A stretch of 64,000 bases of DNA from the human T2T-CHM13v2.0 reference genome, Homo sapiens. Below, piece by piece: positions 26,701 through 39,200 of this stretch. The notes under the pieces were generated by a model. That model had not been told where the DNA came from and ran no database searches. It saw only the letters and a list, made by a program, of their open reading frames with translations. The stretch lies in the NCBI RefSeq assembly GCF_009914755.1, contig NC_060928.1. One strand, given 5' to 3'. The number at the start of each line of letters is the position of its first letter. The first letter of the stretch is position 1. The position numbers were made by a program, and so were the translations under genes.

Positions 26701-29700
26701 AGAAACATCTCTGTGATGTTTGCATTCCACTCATAGAGTTGAAAACTTCCTTTCATAGAGCAGGTTTGAAACACTCTTTTTGTAATATTTGGAAGTGGAC
26801 ATTTGCAGCACTTTGAGGCCTATGGTGAAAAAGGAAATATCTTCTCATAAAAACCAGAAACAAGCATTCTCAGAAACTTCTTTTTGATGTGTGTACTCAA
26901 GTAACAGAGTTGAACCTTCCTTTTGACACAGCAGTTTTGAAACAATCTTTTTGTAGAATCTGCAAGTGGATATTTGGATAGCTTTGAGGATTTCGTTGGA
27001 AACGGGATATCTTCATATAAAATCTAGACAGAAGCATTCTCAGAAACTTCTTTGTGCTGTATGCCCTCAATTAACAGAGTTGAACCATTGGATACAGCAT
27101 TTTGGAAACATTCCTTGAGTAGAATCTGCAAGTTGATATTTAGATAGATTTGAAGATTTCGTTGGAAAAGGGAATATCTCCATATAAAATCTAGAGGGAA
27201 GCATTCTCAGAAACTGCTTTGTGATGTTTCCATTCAAGTCACAGAGTTGAATATTCCCTTTTATAGAGCACGTTTGAAACACTCTTTCTGCACTATCTGG
27301 AAGTGGACATTTCGAGCGCTTTGAGGCCTATGGTGAAAAAGGAAATATCTTCCCATAAAAACTAGACAGAAGCATTCTCAGAAACTTGTTTGTGATGTGT
27401 GTATTCAACTAACAGAGTTGAACTTTTGTTTTTACAGAGCCGTTTTAAAACACTCTTTTTGTGGAATCAGAAAGTGGATATTCGGATGGCTCTGAGGATT
27501 TCGTTGGAAGCGGGATTACATATAAAATCTAGAGAGAAGCATTCTCAGGAACTTCTTTGTGATGTTTGCATTGAAGTCACAGAATTGAACATTCACTTTG
27601 ATAGAGCAGGTTTGAAACACTCATTCTGTAGTATCTGGAACTGGACATTTCAAGCGCTTTCAGGCCTATGGTGAGAAAGGAAATATCTTCGAATAAAAAC
27701 TAGACAGAAGCATCCTCAGAAACTTATTTGTGATGTGTGTCCTCAACTAACAGAGTTGAAACTTTGTTTTGATACAGCATTTTGGAAACACTCTTTTTGT
27801 AGAATCTGCAGGTGGATATTTGGATAGCTTAGAGGGATTCGTTGGAAAGGGGATATCTTCATATAAAATCTAGACAGAAGCATTCTCAGAAACTTATTTG
27901 TGATGTGTGTCCTCAACTAACAGAGTTGAACCTTGGTTTTGATACAGCATTTTGGAAACACTCCTTTTGTAGAATCTGCAGGTGGATATGTGGATAGCTC
28001 TGAAGATTTCGTTGGAAACGGGAATTTCTTCATATAAAATCAAACAGAAGCATTCTCAGAAACTTCTCAGTGATGTTTGCATTCAGCTCATGGAGTTGAA
28101 CACTTCCTTTCATAGAACCGGTTTGAAACACTCTTTCTGCACTACCTGGAAGAGGACATTTCGAGCGCTTTGAGTCCTATGGTGAAAAAGGAAATATCTT
28201 CTCATAAAAACCAGAAAGAAGCATTCTCAGAAACTTCTTTGTGTTGTGTGTACTCATGTAACAGTGTTGAACCATCCTTTTGAAAGAGCAGTTTTGAAAC
28301 ACTCTTTTTGTAGAATCTGCAAGTGGATATTTGGATAGCTTTGAGGATTTCGTTGGAAACGGAATGACATATAATATCTAGAGAGAAGCATTCTCAGGAA
28401 CTTCTTTGTGATGTTTGCATTCAAGTCACAGAATTGAACATTCCCTTTCATAGAGCAGGTTTGAAACACTCTTTCTCTAGTATCTGGAAGTGGGCATTTC
28501 AAGCGCTTTCAGGTCTATGGAGAGAAAGGAAATACCTTCAAATAAAAACTAGACAGAAGCATTCTCAGAAACTTATTTGTGATGTGTGTCCTCAACTAAC
28601 AGAGTTGAACCTTGGTTTTGATACAGCATTTTGGAAACGCTCCTTTTGTAGAATCTGCAGGTGGATATGTGGATAGCTCTGAAGATTTCGTTGGAAACGG
28701 GAATTTCTTCATATAAAATCAAACAGAAGCATTCTCAGAAACTTCTCAGTGATGTTTGCATTCAGCTCATGGAGTTGAACACTTCCTTTCATAGAACCGG
28801 TTTGAAACACTCTTTCTGCACTACCTGGAAGAGGACATTTCGAGCGCTTTGAGTCCTATGGTGAAAAAGGAAATATCTTCTCATAAAAACCAGAAAGAAG
28901 CATTCTCAGAAACTTCTTTGTGTTGTGTGTACTCATGTAACAGTGTTGAACCATCCTTTTGACAGAGCAGTTTTGAAACACTCTTTTTGTAGAATCTGCA
29001 AGTGGATATTTGGATAGCTTTGAGGATTTCGTTGGAAACGGGATGACATATAATATCTAGAGAGAAGCATTCTCAGGAACTTCTTTGTGATGTTTGCATT
29101 CAAGTCACAGAATTGAACATTCCCTTTCATAGAGCAGGTTTGAAACACTCTTTCTCTAGTATCTGGAAGTGGGCATTTCAAGCGCTTTCAGGCCTATGGA
29201 GAGAAAGGAAATACCTTCAAATAAAAACTAGACAGAAGCATTCTCAGAAACTTATTTGTGATGTGTGTCCTCAACTAACAGAGTTGAACCTTTGTTTTGA
29301 TACAGCATTTTGGAAACACTCCTTTTGTAGAATCTGCAGGTGGATATTTGGATAACTTTGAAGATTTCATTGGAAACCGGAATATCTTCATATAAAATCA
29401 AGACAGAAGCATTCTCGGAAACATCTCTGTGATGTTTGCATTCAACTCAGTAGAGTTGAACACTTCCTTTCATAGAGCCGGTTTGAAACACTCTTTCTGC
29501 ACTACCTGGAAGCGGACATTTCGAGCGCTTTGAGGCCTATGGTGAAAAAGGAAATATCTTCTCATAAAAACCAGAAAGAAGCATTCTCAGAAACTTCTTT
29601 GTGTTGTGTGTACTCAAGTAACAGTGTTGAACCTTCCTTTTGACACAGCAGTTTTGAAACACTCTTTTGGTAGAATCTGCAAGTGGATATTTGGATAGCT

Positions 29701-31268
29701 TTGAGGATTTCGTTGGAAACGGGTTATCTTCATATAAAATCCAGACAGGAGCATTCTCAGAAACTTCTTTGTGCTGCATGTCCTCAATTCACAGAGCTGA
29801 ACCTTTGTTTGGATACAGCATTTTGGAAACATTCCTTTAGTAGAATCTGCAAGTTGATATTTAGATAGCTTTGAAGATTTCGTTGGAAACGGGAATATCT
29901 TCATAGAAAATCTAGACGGAAGCATTCTCAGAAACTGCTTTGTGATGTTTGCATTCAAGTCACAGAGTTGAATATTCCCTTTTATAGAGTAGGTTTGAAA
30001 CACTCTTTTGGCACTACCTGGAAGTGGATATTTCGAGCTCTTTGAGGCCTATGGTTAAAAGGAAATATCTTCCCATAAAAACTAGACAGAAGCCGTCTCA
30101 GAAACTTGTTTGTGATGTGTGTATTCAACTAACAGAGTTGAACATTTCTGTTACAGAGCAATTTTAAAACACTCTTTTTGTGGAATCTGAAAGTGGATAA
30201 TTGGATAGCTTTGTGGATTTCGTTGGAAACGGGATGACGTATAAAATCTAGAGAGAAGCATTCTCAGGAACTTCTTTCTGATGTTTGCATTCAAGTCACA
30301 GAATTGAACATTCCTTTTCATAGTGCAGGTTTGAAACACTCTTTCTGTAGTATCTGGAAGTGGACATTTCAAGCGCTTTCAGGCCTACGGGGAGAAAGGA
30401 AATATCTTCAAATAAAAACTAGACAGAAGGATTCTCAGAAACTTATTTGTGATGTGTGTCCTAAACGAACACAGTTGAACCTTTGTTTTGATACAGCATT
30501 TTGGAAACACTCCTTTTGTAGGATCTGCAGGTGGATATTTGGATAGATTTTAAGATTTCGTTGGAAACGGGAGTTTCTTCATAGAAACTCAAGACAGATG
30601 CATTCTCAGAAACATCTCTGTGATGTTTGCATTCCACTCATAGAGTTGAAAACTTCCTTTCATAGAGCAGGTTTGAAACACTCTTTTTGTAATATTTGGA
30701 AGTGGACATTTGTAGCGCTTTGAGGCCTATGGTGAAAAAGGAAATATCTTCTCATAAAAACCAGTAACAAGCATTCTCAGAAACTTCTTTTTGATGTGTG
30801 TACTCAAGTAACAGAGTTGAACCTTCCTTTTGACACAGCAGTTTTGAAACAATCTTTTTGTAGAATCTGCAAGTGGATATTTGGATAGCTTTGAGTATTT
30901 CGTTGGAAACGGGATATCTTCATATAAAATCTAGACAGAAGCTTTCTCAGAAACTTCTTTGTGCTGTATGTCCTCAATTAACAGATTTGAACCATTGCTT
31001 GGATACAGCATTTTGGAAACATTCCTTGAGTAGAATCTGCAAGTTGATATTTAGATAGATTTGAAGATTTCGTTGGAAAAGGGAATATCTCCATATAAAA
31101 TCTAGAGGGAAGCATTCTCAGAAACTGCTTTGTGATGTTTCCATTCAAGTCACAGAGTTGAATATTCCCTTTTATAGAGCACGTTTGAAACACTCTTTCT
31201 GCACTATCTGGAAGTGGACATTTCGAGCGCTTTGAGGCCTATGGTGAAAAAGGAAATATCTTCCCATA
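11726..31268 (+). repeat. Five tandem 23-mer HOR variants (starts 11726, 15637, 19544, 23451, 27358)
   Basis: Marker spacings 3911, 3907, 3907, 3907, 3911; the 3907-bp copies carry the 4-bp m18 deletion. Confidence 0.93.
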
Positions 31269-34200
31269 AAAACTAGACAGAAGCATTCTCAGAAACTTGT
31301 TTGTGATGTGTGTATTCAACTAACAGAGTTGAACTTTTGTTTTTACAGAGCCGTTTTAAAACACTCTTTTTGTGGAATCAGAAAGTGGATATTCGGATGG
31401 CTCTGAGGATTTCGTTGGAAGCGGGATTACATATAAAATCTAGAGAGAAGCATTCTCAGGAACTTCTTTGTGATGTTTGCATTGAAGTCACAGAATTGAA
31501 CATTCACTTTGATAGAGCAGGTTTGAAACACTCATTCTGTAGTATCTGGAAGTGGACATTTCAAGCGCTTTCAGGCCTATGGTGAGAAAGGAAATATCTT
31601 CGAATAGAAACTAGACAGAAGCATCCTCAGAAACTTATTTGTGATGTCTGTCCTCAACTAACAGAGTTGAAACTTTGTTTTGATACAGCATTTTGGAAAC
31701 ACTCTTTTTGTAGAATCTGCAGGTGGATATTTGGATAGCTTAGAGGGATTCGTTGGAAAGGGGATATCTTCATATAAAATCTAGACAGAAGCATTCTCAG
31801 AAACTTATTTGTGATGTGTGTCCTCAACTAACAGAGTTGAACCTTGGTTTTGATACAGCATTTTGGAAACACTCCTTTTGTAGAATCTGCAGGTGGATAT
31901 GTGGATAGCTCTGAAGATTTCGTTGGAAACGGGAATTTCTTCATATAAAATCAAACAGAAGCATTCTCAGAAACTTCTCAGTGATGTTTGCATTCAGCTC
32001 ATGGAGTTGAACACTTCCTTTCATAGAGCCGGTTTGAAACACTCTTTCTGCACTACCTGGAAGAGGACATTTCGAGCGCTTTGAGTCCTATGGTGAAAAA
32101 GGAAATATCTTCTCATAAAAACCAGAAAGAAGCATTCTCAGAAACTTCTTTGTGTTGTGTGTACTCATGTAACAGTGTTGAACCATCCTTTTGACAGAGC
32201 AGTTTTGAAACATTCTTTTTGTAGAATCTGCAAGTGGATATTTGGATAGCTTTGAGGATTTCGTTGGAAACGGGATGACATATAATATCTAGAGAGAAGC
32301 ATTCTCAGGAACTTCTTTGTGCTGTTTGCATTCAAGTCACAGAATTTAACATTCCCTTTCATAGAGCAGATTTGAAACACTCTTTCTCTAGTATCTGGAA
32401 GTGGGCATTTCAAGCGCTTTCAGGCCTATTGAGAGAAAGGAAATACCTTCAAATAAAAACTAGACAGAAGCATTCTCAGAAACTTATTTGTGATGTGTGT
32501 CCTCAACTAACAGAGTTGAACCTTTGTTTTGATACAGCATTTTGGAAACACTCCTTTTGTAGAATCTGCAGGTGGATATTTGGATAGCTTTGAAGATTTC
32601 GTTGGAAACCGGAATATCTTCATATAAAATCAAGACAGAAGCATTCTCGGAAACATCTCTGTGATGTTTGCATTCAACTCAGTAGAGTTGAACACTTCCT
32701 TTCATAGAGCAGGTTTGAAACACTCTTTCTGCACTACCTGGAAGCGGACATTTCGAGCGCTTTGAGGCCTATGGTGAAAAAGGAAATATCTTCTCATAAA
32801 AACCAGAAAGAAGCATTCTCAGAAACTTCTTTGTGTTGTGTGTACTCAAGTAACAGTGTTGAACCTTCCTTTTGACACAGCAGTTTTGAAACACTCTTTT
32901 GGTAGAATCTGCAAGTGGATATTTGGATAGCTCTGAGGATTTCGTTGGAAACGGGTTATCTTCATATAAAATCCAGACAGGAGCATTCTCAGAAACTTCT
33001 TTGTGCTGCATGTCCTCAATTCACAGAGCTGAACCTTTGTTTGGATACAGCATTTTGGAAACATTCCTTTAGTAGAATCTGCAAGTTGATATTTAGATAG
33101 CTTTGAAGATTTCGTTGGAAACGGGAATATCTTCATAGAAAATCTAGACGGAAGCATTCTCAGAAACTGCTTTGTGATGTTTGCATTCAAGTCACAGAGT
33201 TGAATATTCCCTTTTATAGAGTAGGTTTGAAACACTCTTTCGGCACTACCTGGAAGTGGATATTTCGAGCTCTTTGAGTCCTATGGTTAAAAGGAAATAT
33301 CTTCCCATAAAAACTAGACAGAAGCCGTCTCAGAAACTTGTTTGTGATGTGTGTATTCAACTAACAGAGTTGAACATTTCTGTTACAGAGCAATTTTAAA
33401 ACACTCTTTTTGTGGAATCTGAAAGTGGATAATTGGATAGCTTTGTGGATTTCGTTGGAAACGGGATGACGTATAAAATCTAGATTGAAGCATTCTCAGG
33501 AACTTCTTTCTGATGTTTGCATTCAAGTCACAGAATTGAACATTCCTTTTCATAGTGCAGGTTTGAAACACTCTTTCTGTAGTATCTGGAAGTGGACATT
33601 TCAAGCGCTTTCAGGCCTACGGGGAGAAAGGAAATATCTTCAAATAAAAACTAGATAGAAGGATTCTCAGAAACTTATTTGTGATGTGTGTCCTAAACGA
33701 ACACAGTTGAACCTTTGTTTAGATACAGCATTTTGGAAACACTCCTTTTGTAGGATCTGCAGGTGGATATTTGGATAGATTTTAAGATTTCGTTGGAAAC
33801 GGGAGTTTCTTCATAGAAACTCAAGACAGATGCATTCTCAGAAACATCTCTGTGATGTTTGCATTCCACTCATAGAGTTGAAAACTTCCTTTCATAGAGC
33901 AGGTTTGAAACACTCTTTTTGTAATATTTGGAAGTGGACATTTGCAGCGCTTTGAGGCCTATGGTGAAAAAGGAAATATCTTCTCATAAAAACCAGAAAC
34001 AAGCATTCTCAGAAACTTCTTTTTGATGTGTGTACTCAAGTAACAGAGTTGAACCTTCCTTTTGACACAGCAGTTTTGAAACAATCTTTTTGTAGAATCT
34101 GCAAGTGGATATTTGGATAGCTTTGAGGATTTCGTTGGAAACGGGATATCTTCATATAAAATCTAGACAGAAGCATTCTCAGAAACTTCTTTGTGCTGTA

Positions 34201-34500
34201 TGTCCTCAATTAACAGAGTTGAACCATTGCTTGGATACAGCATTTTGGAAACATTCCTTTAGTAGAATGTGCAAGTTGATATTTAGATAGATTTGAAGAT
34301 TTCGTTGGAAAAGGGAATATCTCCATATAAAATCTAGACGGAAGCATTCTCAGAAACTGCTTTGTGATGTTTCCATTCAAGTCACAGAGTTGAATATTCC
34401 CTTTTATAGAGCACGTTTGAAACACTCTTTCTGCACTATCTGGAAGTGGACATTTCGAGCGCTTTGAGGCCTATGGTGAAAAAGGAAATATCTTCGAATA
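31269..34500 (+). repeat. 19-mer HOR with many private substitutions, ending in an m19/m2 hybrid monomer
   Basis: Full m1-m19 order, but the 3' end reads tcttcgaata (m2 type) instead of tcttcccata. Confidence 0.9.
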
Positions 34501-36202
34501 AAAACTAGACAGAAGCATCCTCAGAAACTTATTTGTGATGTGTGTCTTCAACTAACAGAGTTGAAACTTTGTTTTGATACAGCATTTTGGAAACACTCTT
34601 TTTGTAGAATCTGCAGGTGGATATTTGGATAGCTTAGAGGGATTCGTTGGAAAGGGGATATCTTCAAATAAAATCTAGACAGAAGCATTCTCAGAAACTT
34701 ATTTGTGATGTGTGTCCTCAACTAACAGAGTTGAACCTTGGTTTTGATACAGCATTTTGGAAACACTCCTTTTGTAGAATCTGCAGGTGGATATGTGGAT
34801 AGCTCTGAAGATTTCGTTGGAAACGGGAATTTCTTCATATAAAATCAAACAGAAGCATTCTCAGAAACTTCTCAGTGATGTTTGCATTCAGCTCATGGAG
34901 TTGAACACTTCCTTTCATAGAGCCGGTTTGAAACACTCTTTCTGCACTACCTGGAAGAGGACATTTCGAGCGCTTTGAGTCCTATGGTGAAAAAGGAAAT
35001 ATCTTCTCATAAAAACCAGAAAGAAGCATTCTCAGAAACTTCTTTGTGTTGTGTGTACTCATGTAACAGTGTTGAACCATCCTTTTGACAGAGCAGTTTT
35101 GAAACACTCTTTTTGTAGAATCTGCAAGTGGATATTTGGATAGCTTTGAGGATTTCGTTGGAAACGGGATGACATATAATATCTAGAGAGAAGCATTCTC
35201 AGGAACTTCTTTGTGATGTTTGCATTCAAGTCACAGAATTGAACATTCCCTTTCATAGAGCAGGTTTGAAACACTCTTTCTCTAGTATCTGGAAGTGGGC
35301 ATTTCAAGCGCTTTCAGGCCTATGGAGAGAAAGGAAATACCTTCAAATAAAAACTAGACAGAAGCATTCTCAGAAACTTATTTGTGATGTGTGTCCTCAA
35401 CTAACAGAGTTGAACCTTTGTTTTGATACAGCATTTTGGAAACACTCCTTTTGTATTATCTGCAGGTGGATATTTGAATAATTTGAAGATTTCGTTGGAA
35501 ACCGGAATATCTTCATATAAAATCAAGACAGAAGCATTCTCGGAAACATCTCTGTGATGTTTACATTCCACTCATAGAGTTGAAAACTTCCTTTCATAGA
35601 GCAGGTTTGAAACACTCTTTTTGTAATATTTGGAAGTGGACATTTGCAGCGCTTTGAGGCCTGTGGTGAAAAAGGAAATATCTTCTCATAAAAACCAGAA
35701 ACAAGCATTCTCAGAAACTTCTTTTTGATGTGTGTACTCAAGTAACAGAGTTGAACCTTCCTTTTGACACAGCAGTTTTGAAACAATCTTTTTGTAGAAT
35801 CTGCAAGTGGATATTTGGATAGCTTTGAGGATTTCGTTGGAAACGGGATATCTTCATATAAAATCTAGACAGAAGCATTCTCAGAAACTTCTTTGTGCTG
35901 TATGTCCTCAATTAACAGAGTTGAACCATTGCTTGGATACAGCATTTTGGAAACATTCCTTGAGTAGAATCTGCAAGTTGATATTTAGATAGATTTGAAG
36001 ATTTCGTTGGAAAAGGGAATATCTCCATATAAAATCTAGAGGGAAGCATTCTCAGAAACTGCTTTGTGATGTTTCCATTCAAGTCACAGAGTTGAATATT
36101 CCCTTTTATAGAGCACGTTTGAAACACTCTTTCTGCACTATCTGGAAGTGGACATTTCGAGCGCTTTGAGGCCTATGGTGAAAAAGGAAATATCTTCCCA
36201 TA
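34501..36202 (+). repeat. 10-mer HOR variant (lacks m1-m2 and a 7-monomer block; m9/m16 hybrid)
   Basis: Starts directly with m3 (agaagcatcctc) at 34501; length 1702 = 2041-338-1. Confidence 0.9.
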
Positions 36203-39200
36203 AAAACTAGACAGAAGCATTCTCAGAAACTTGTTTGTGATGTGTGTATTCAACTAACAGAGTTGAACTTTTGTTTTTACAGAGCCGTTTTAAAACACTC
36301 TTTTTGTGGAATCAGAAAGTGGATATTCGGAAGGCTCTGAGGATTTCGTTGGAAGCGGGATTACATATAAAATCTAGAGAGAAGCATTCTCAGGAACTTC
36401 TTTGTGATGTTTGCATTGAAGTCACAGAATTGAACATTCACTTTGATAGAGCAGGTTTGAAACACTCATTCTGTAGTATCTGGAAGTGGACATTTCAAGC
36501 GCTTTCAGGCCTATGGTGAGAAAGGAAATATCTTCGAATAAAAACTAGACAGAAGCATCCTCAGAAACTTATTTGTGATGTGTGTCCTCAACTAACAGAG
36601 TTGAAACTTTGTTTTGATACAGCATTTTGGAAACACTCTTTTTGTAGAATCTGCTGGTGGATATTTGGATAGCTTAGAGGGATTCGTTGGAAAGGGGATA
36701 TCTTCATATAAAATCTAGACAGAAGCATTCTCAGAAACTTATTTGTGATGTGTGTCCTCAACTAACAGAGTTGAACCTTGGTTTTGATACAGCATATTGG
36801 AAACACTCCTTTTGTAGAATCTGCAGGTGGATATGTGGATAGCTCTGAAGATTTCGTTGGAAACGGGAATTTCTTCATATAAAATCAAACAGAAGCATTC
36901 TCAGAAACTTCTCAGTGATGTTTGCATTCAGCTCATGGAGTTGAACACTTCCTTTCATAGAGCCGGTTTGAAACACTCTTTCTGCACTACCTGGAAGAGG
37001 ACATTTCGAGCGCTTTGAGTCCTATGGTGAAAAAGGAAATATCTTCTCATAGAAACCAGAAAGAAGCATTCTCAGAAACTTCTTTGTGTTGTGTGTACTC
37101 ATGTAACAGTGTTGAACCATCCTTTTGACAGAGCAGTTTTGAAACACTCTTTTTGTAGAATCTGCAAGTGGATATTTGGATAGCTTTGAGGATTTCGTTG
37201 GAAACGGGATGACATATAATATCTAGAGAGAAGCATTCTCAGGAATATCTTTGTGATGTTTGCATTCAAGTCACAGAATTGAACATTCCCTTTCATAGAG
37301 CAGGTTTGAAACACTCTTTCTCTAGTATCTGGAAGTGGGCATTTCAAGCGCTTTCAGGCCTATGGAGAGAAAGGAAATACCTTCAAATAAAAACTAGACA
37401 GAAGCATTCTCAGAAACTTATTTGTGATGTGTGTCCTCAACTAACAGAGTTGAACCTTTGTTTTGATACAGCATTTTGGAAACACTCCTTTTGTAGAATC
37501 TGCAGGTGGATATTTGGATAACTTTGAAGATTTCGTTGGAAACCGGAATATCTTCATATAAAATCAAGACAGAAGCATTCTCGGAAACATCTCTGTGATG
37601 TTTACATTCCACTCATAGAGTTGAAAACTTCCTTTCATAGAGCAGATTTGAAACACTCTTTTTGTAATATTTGGAAGTGGACATTTGCAGCGCTTTGAGG
37701 CCTATGGTGAAAAAGGAAATATCTTCTCATAAAAACCAGAAACAAGCATTCTCAGAAACTTCTTTTTGATGTGTGTACTCAAGTAACAGAGTTGAACCTT
37801 CCTTTTGACACAGCAGTTTTGAAACAATCTTTTTGTAGAATCTGCAAGTGGATATTTGGATAGCTTTGAGGATTTCGTTGGAAACGGGTTATCTTCATAT
37901 AAAATCTAGACAGAAGCATTCTCAGAAACTTCTTTGTGCTGTATGTCCTCAATTAACAGAGTTGAACCATTGCTTGGATACAGCATTTTGGAAACATTCC
38001 TTGAGTAGAATCTGCAAGTTGATATTTAGATAGATTTGAAGATTTCGTTGGAAAAGGGAATATCTCCATATAAAATCTAGAGGGAAGCATTCTCAGAAAC
38101 TGCTTTGTGATGTTTCTATTCAAGTCACAGTGTTGAATATTCCCTTTTATAGAGCACGTTTGAAACACTCTTTCTGCACTATCTGGATGTGGACATTTCG
38201 AGCGCTTTGAGGCCTATGGTGAAAAAGGAAATATCTTCCCATAAAAACTAGACAGAAGCATTCTCAGAAACTTGTTTGTGATGTGTGTATTCAACTAACA
38301 GAGTTGAACTTTTGTTTTTACAGAGCCGTTTTAAAACACTCTTTTTGTGGAATCAGAAAGTGGATATTCGGATAGCTCTGAGGATTTCGTTGGAAGCGGG
38401 ATTACATATAAAATCTAGAGAGAAGCATTCTCAGGAACTTCTTTGTGATGTTTGCATTGAAGTCACAGAATTGAACATTCACTTTGATAGAGCAGGTTTG
38501 AAACACTCATTCTGTAGTATCTGGAAGTGGACATTTCAAGCGCTTTCAGGCCTATGGTGAGAAAGGAAATATCTTCGAATAAAAACTAGACAGAAGCATC
38601 CTCAGAAACTTATTTGTGATGTGTGTCCTCAAGTAACAGAGTTGAAACTTTGTTTTGATACAGCATTTTGGAAACACTCTTTTTGTAGAATCTGCAGGTG
38701 GATATTTGGATAGCTTAGAGGGATTCGTTGGAAAGGGGATATCTTCATATAAAATCTAGACAGAAGCATTCTCAGAAACTTATTTGTGATGTGTGTCCTC
38801 AACTAACAGAGTTGAACCTTGGTTTCGATACAGCATTTTGGAAACACTCCTTTTGTAGAATCTGCAGGTGGATATGTGGATAGCTCTGAAGATTTCGTTG
38901 GAAACGGGAATTTCTTCATATAAAATCAAACAGAAGCATTCTCAGAAACTTCTCAGTGATGTTTGCATTCAGCTCATGGAGTTGAACACTTCCTTTCATA
39001 GAGCCGGTTTGAAACACTCTTTCTGCACTACCTGGAAGAGGCCATTTCGAGCGCTTTGAGTCCTATGGTGAAAAAGGAAATATCTTCTCATAAAAACCAG
39101 AAAGAAGCATTCTCAGAAACTTCTTTGTGTTGTGTGTACTCATGTAACAGTGTTGAACCATCCTTTTGACAGAGCAGTTTTGAAACACTCTTTTTGTAGA

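Noticed and set aside
1-27400. Possible regular ~11.7-kb super-HOR (offset 11725 between the conversion tracts)
   Set aside because: Unit sizes do not repeat with that period (23-19-27 versus 23-23-23) and the conversion tract is absent at the third expected position (~26400). It is better explained as a one-off segmental relationship.
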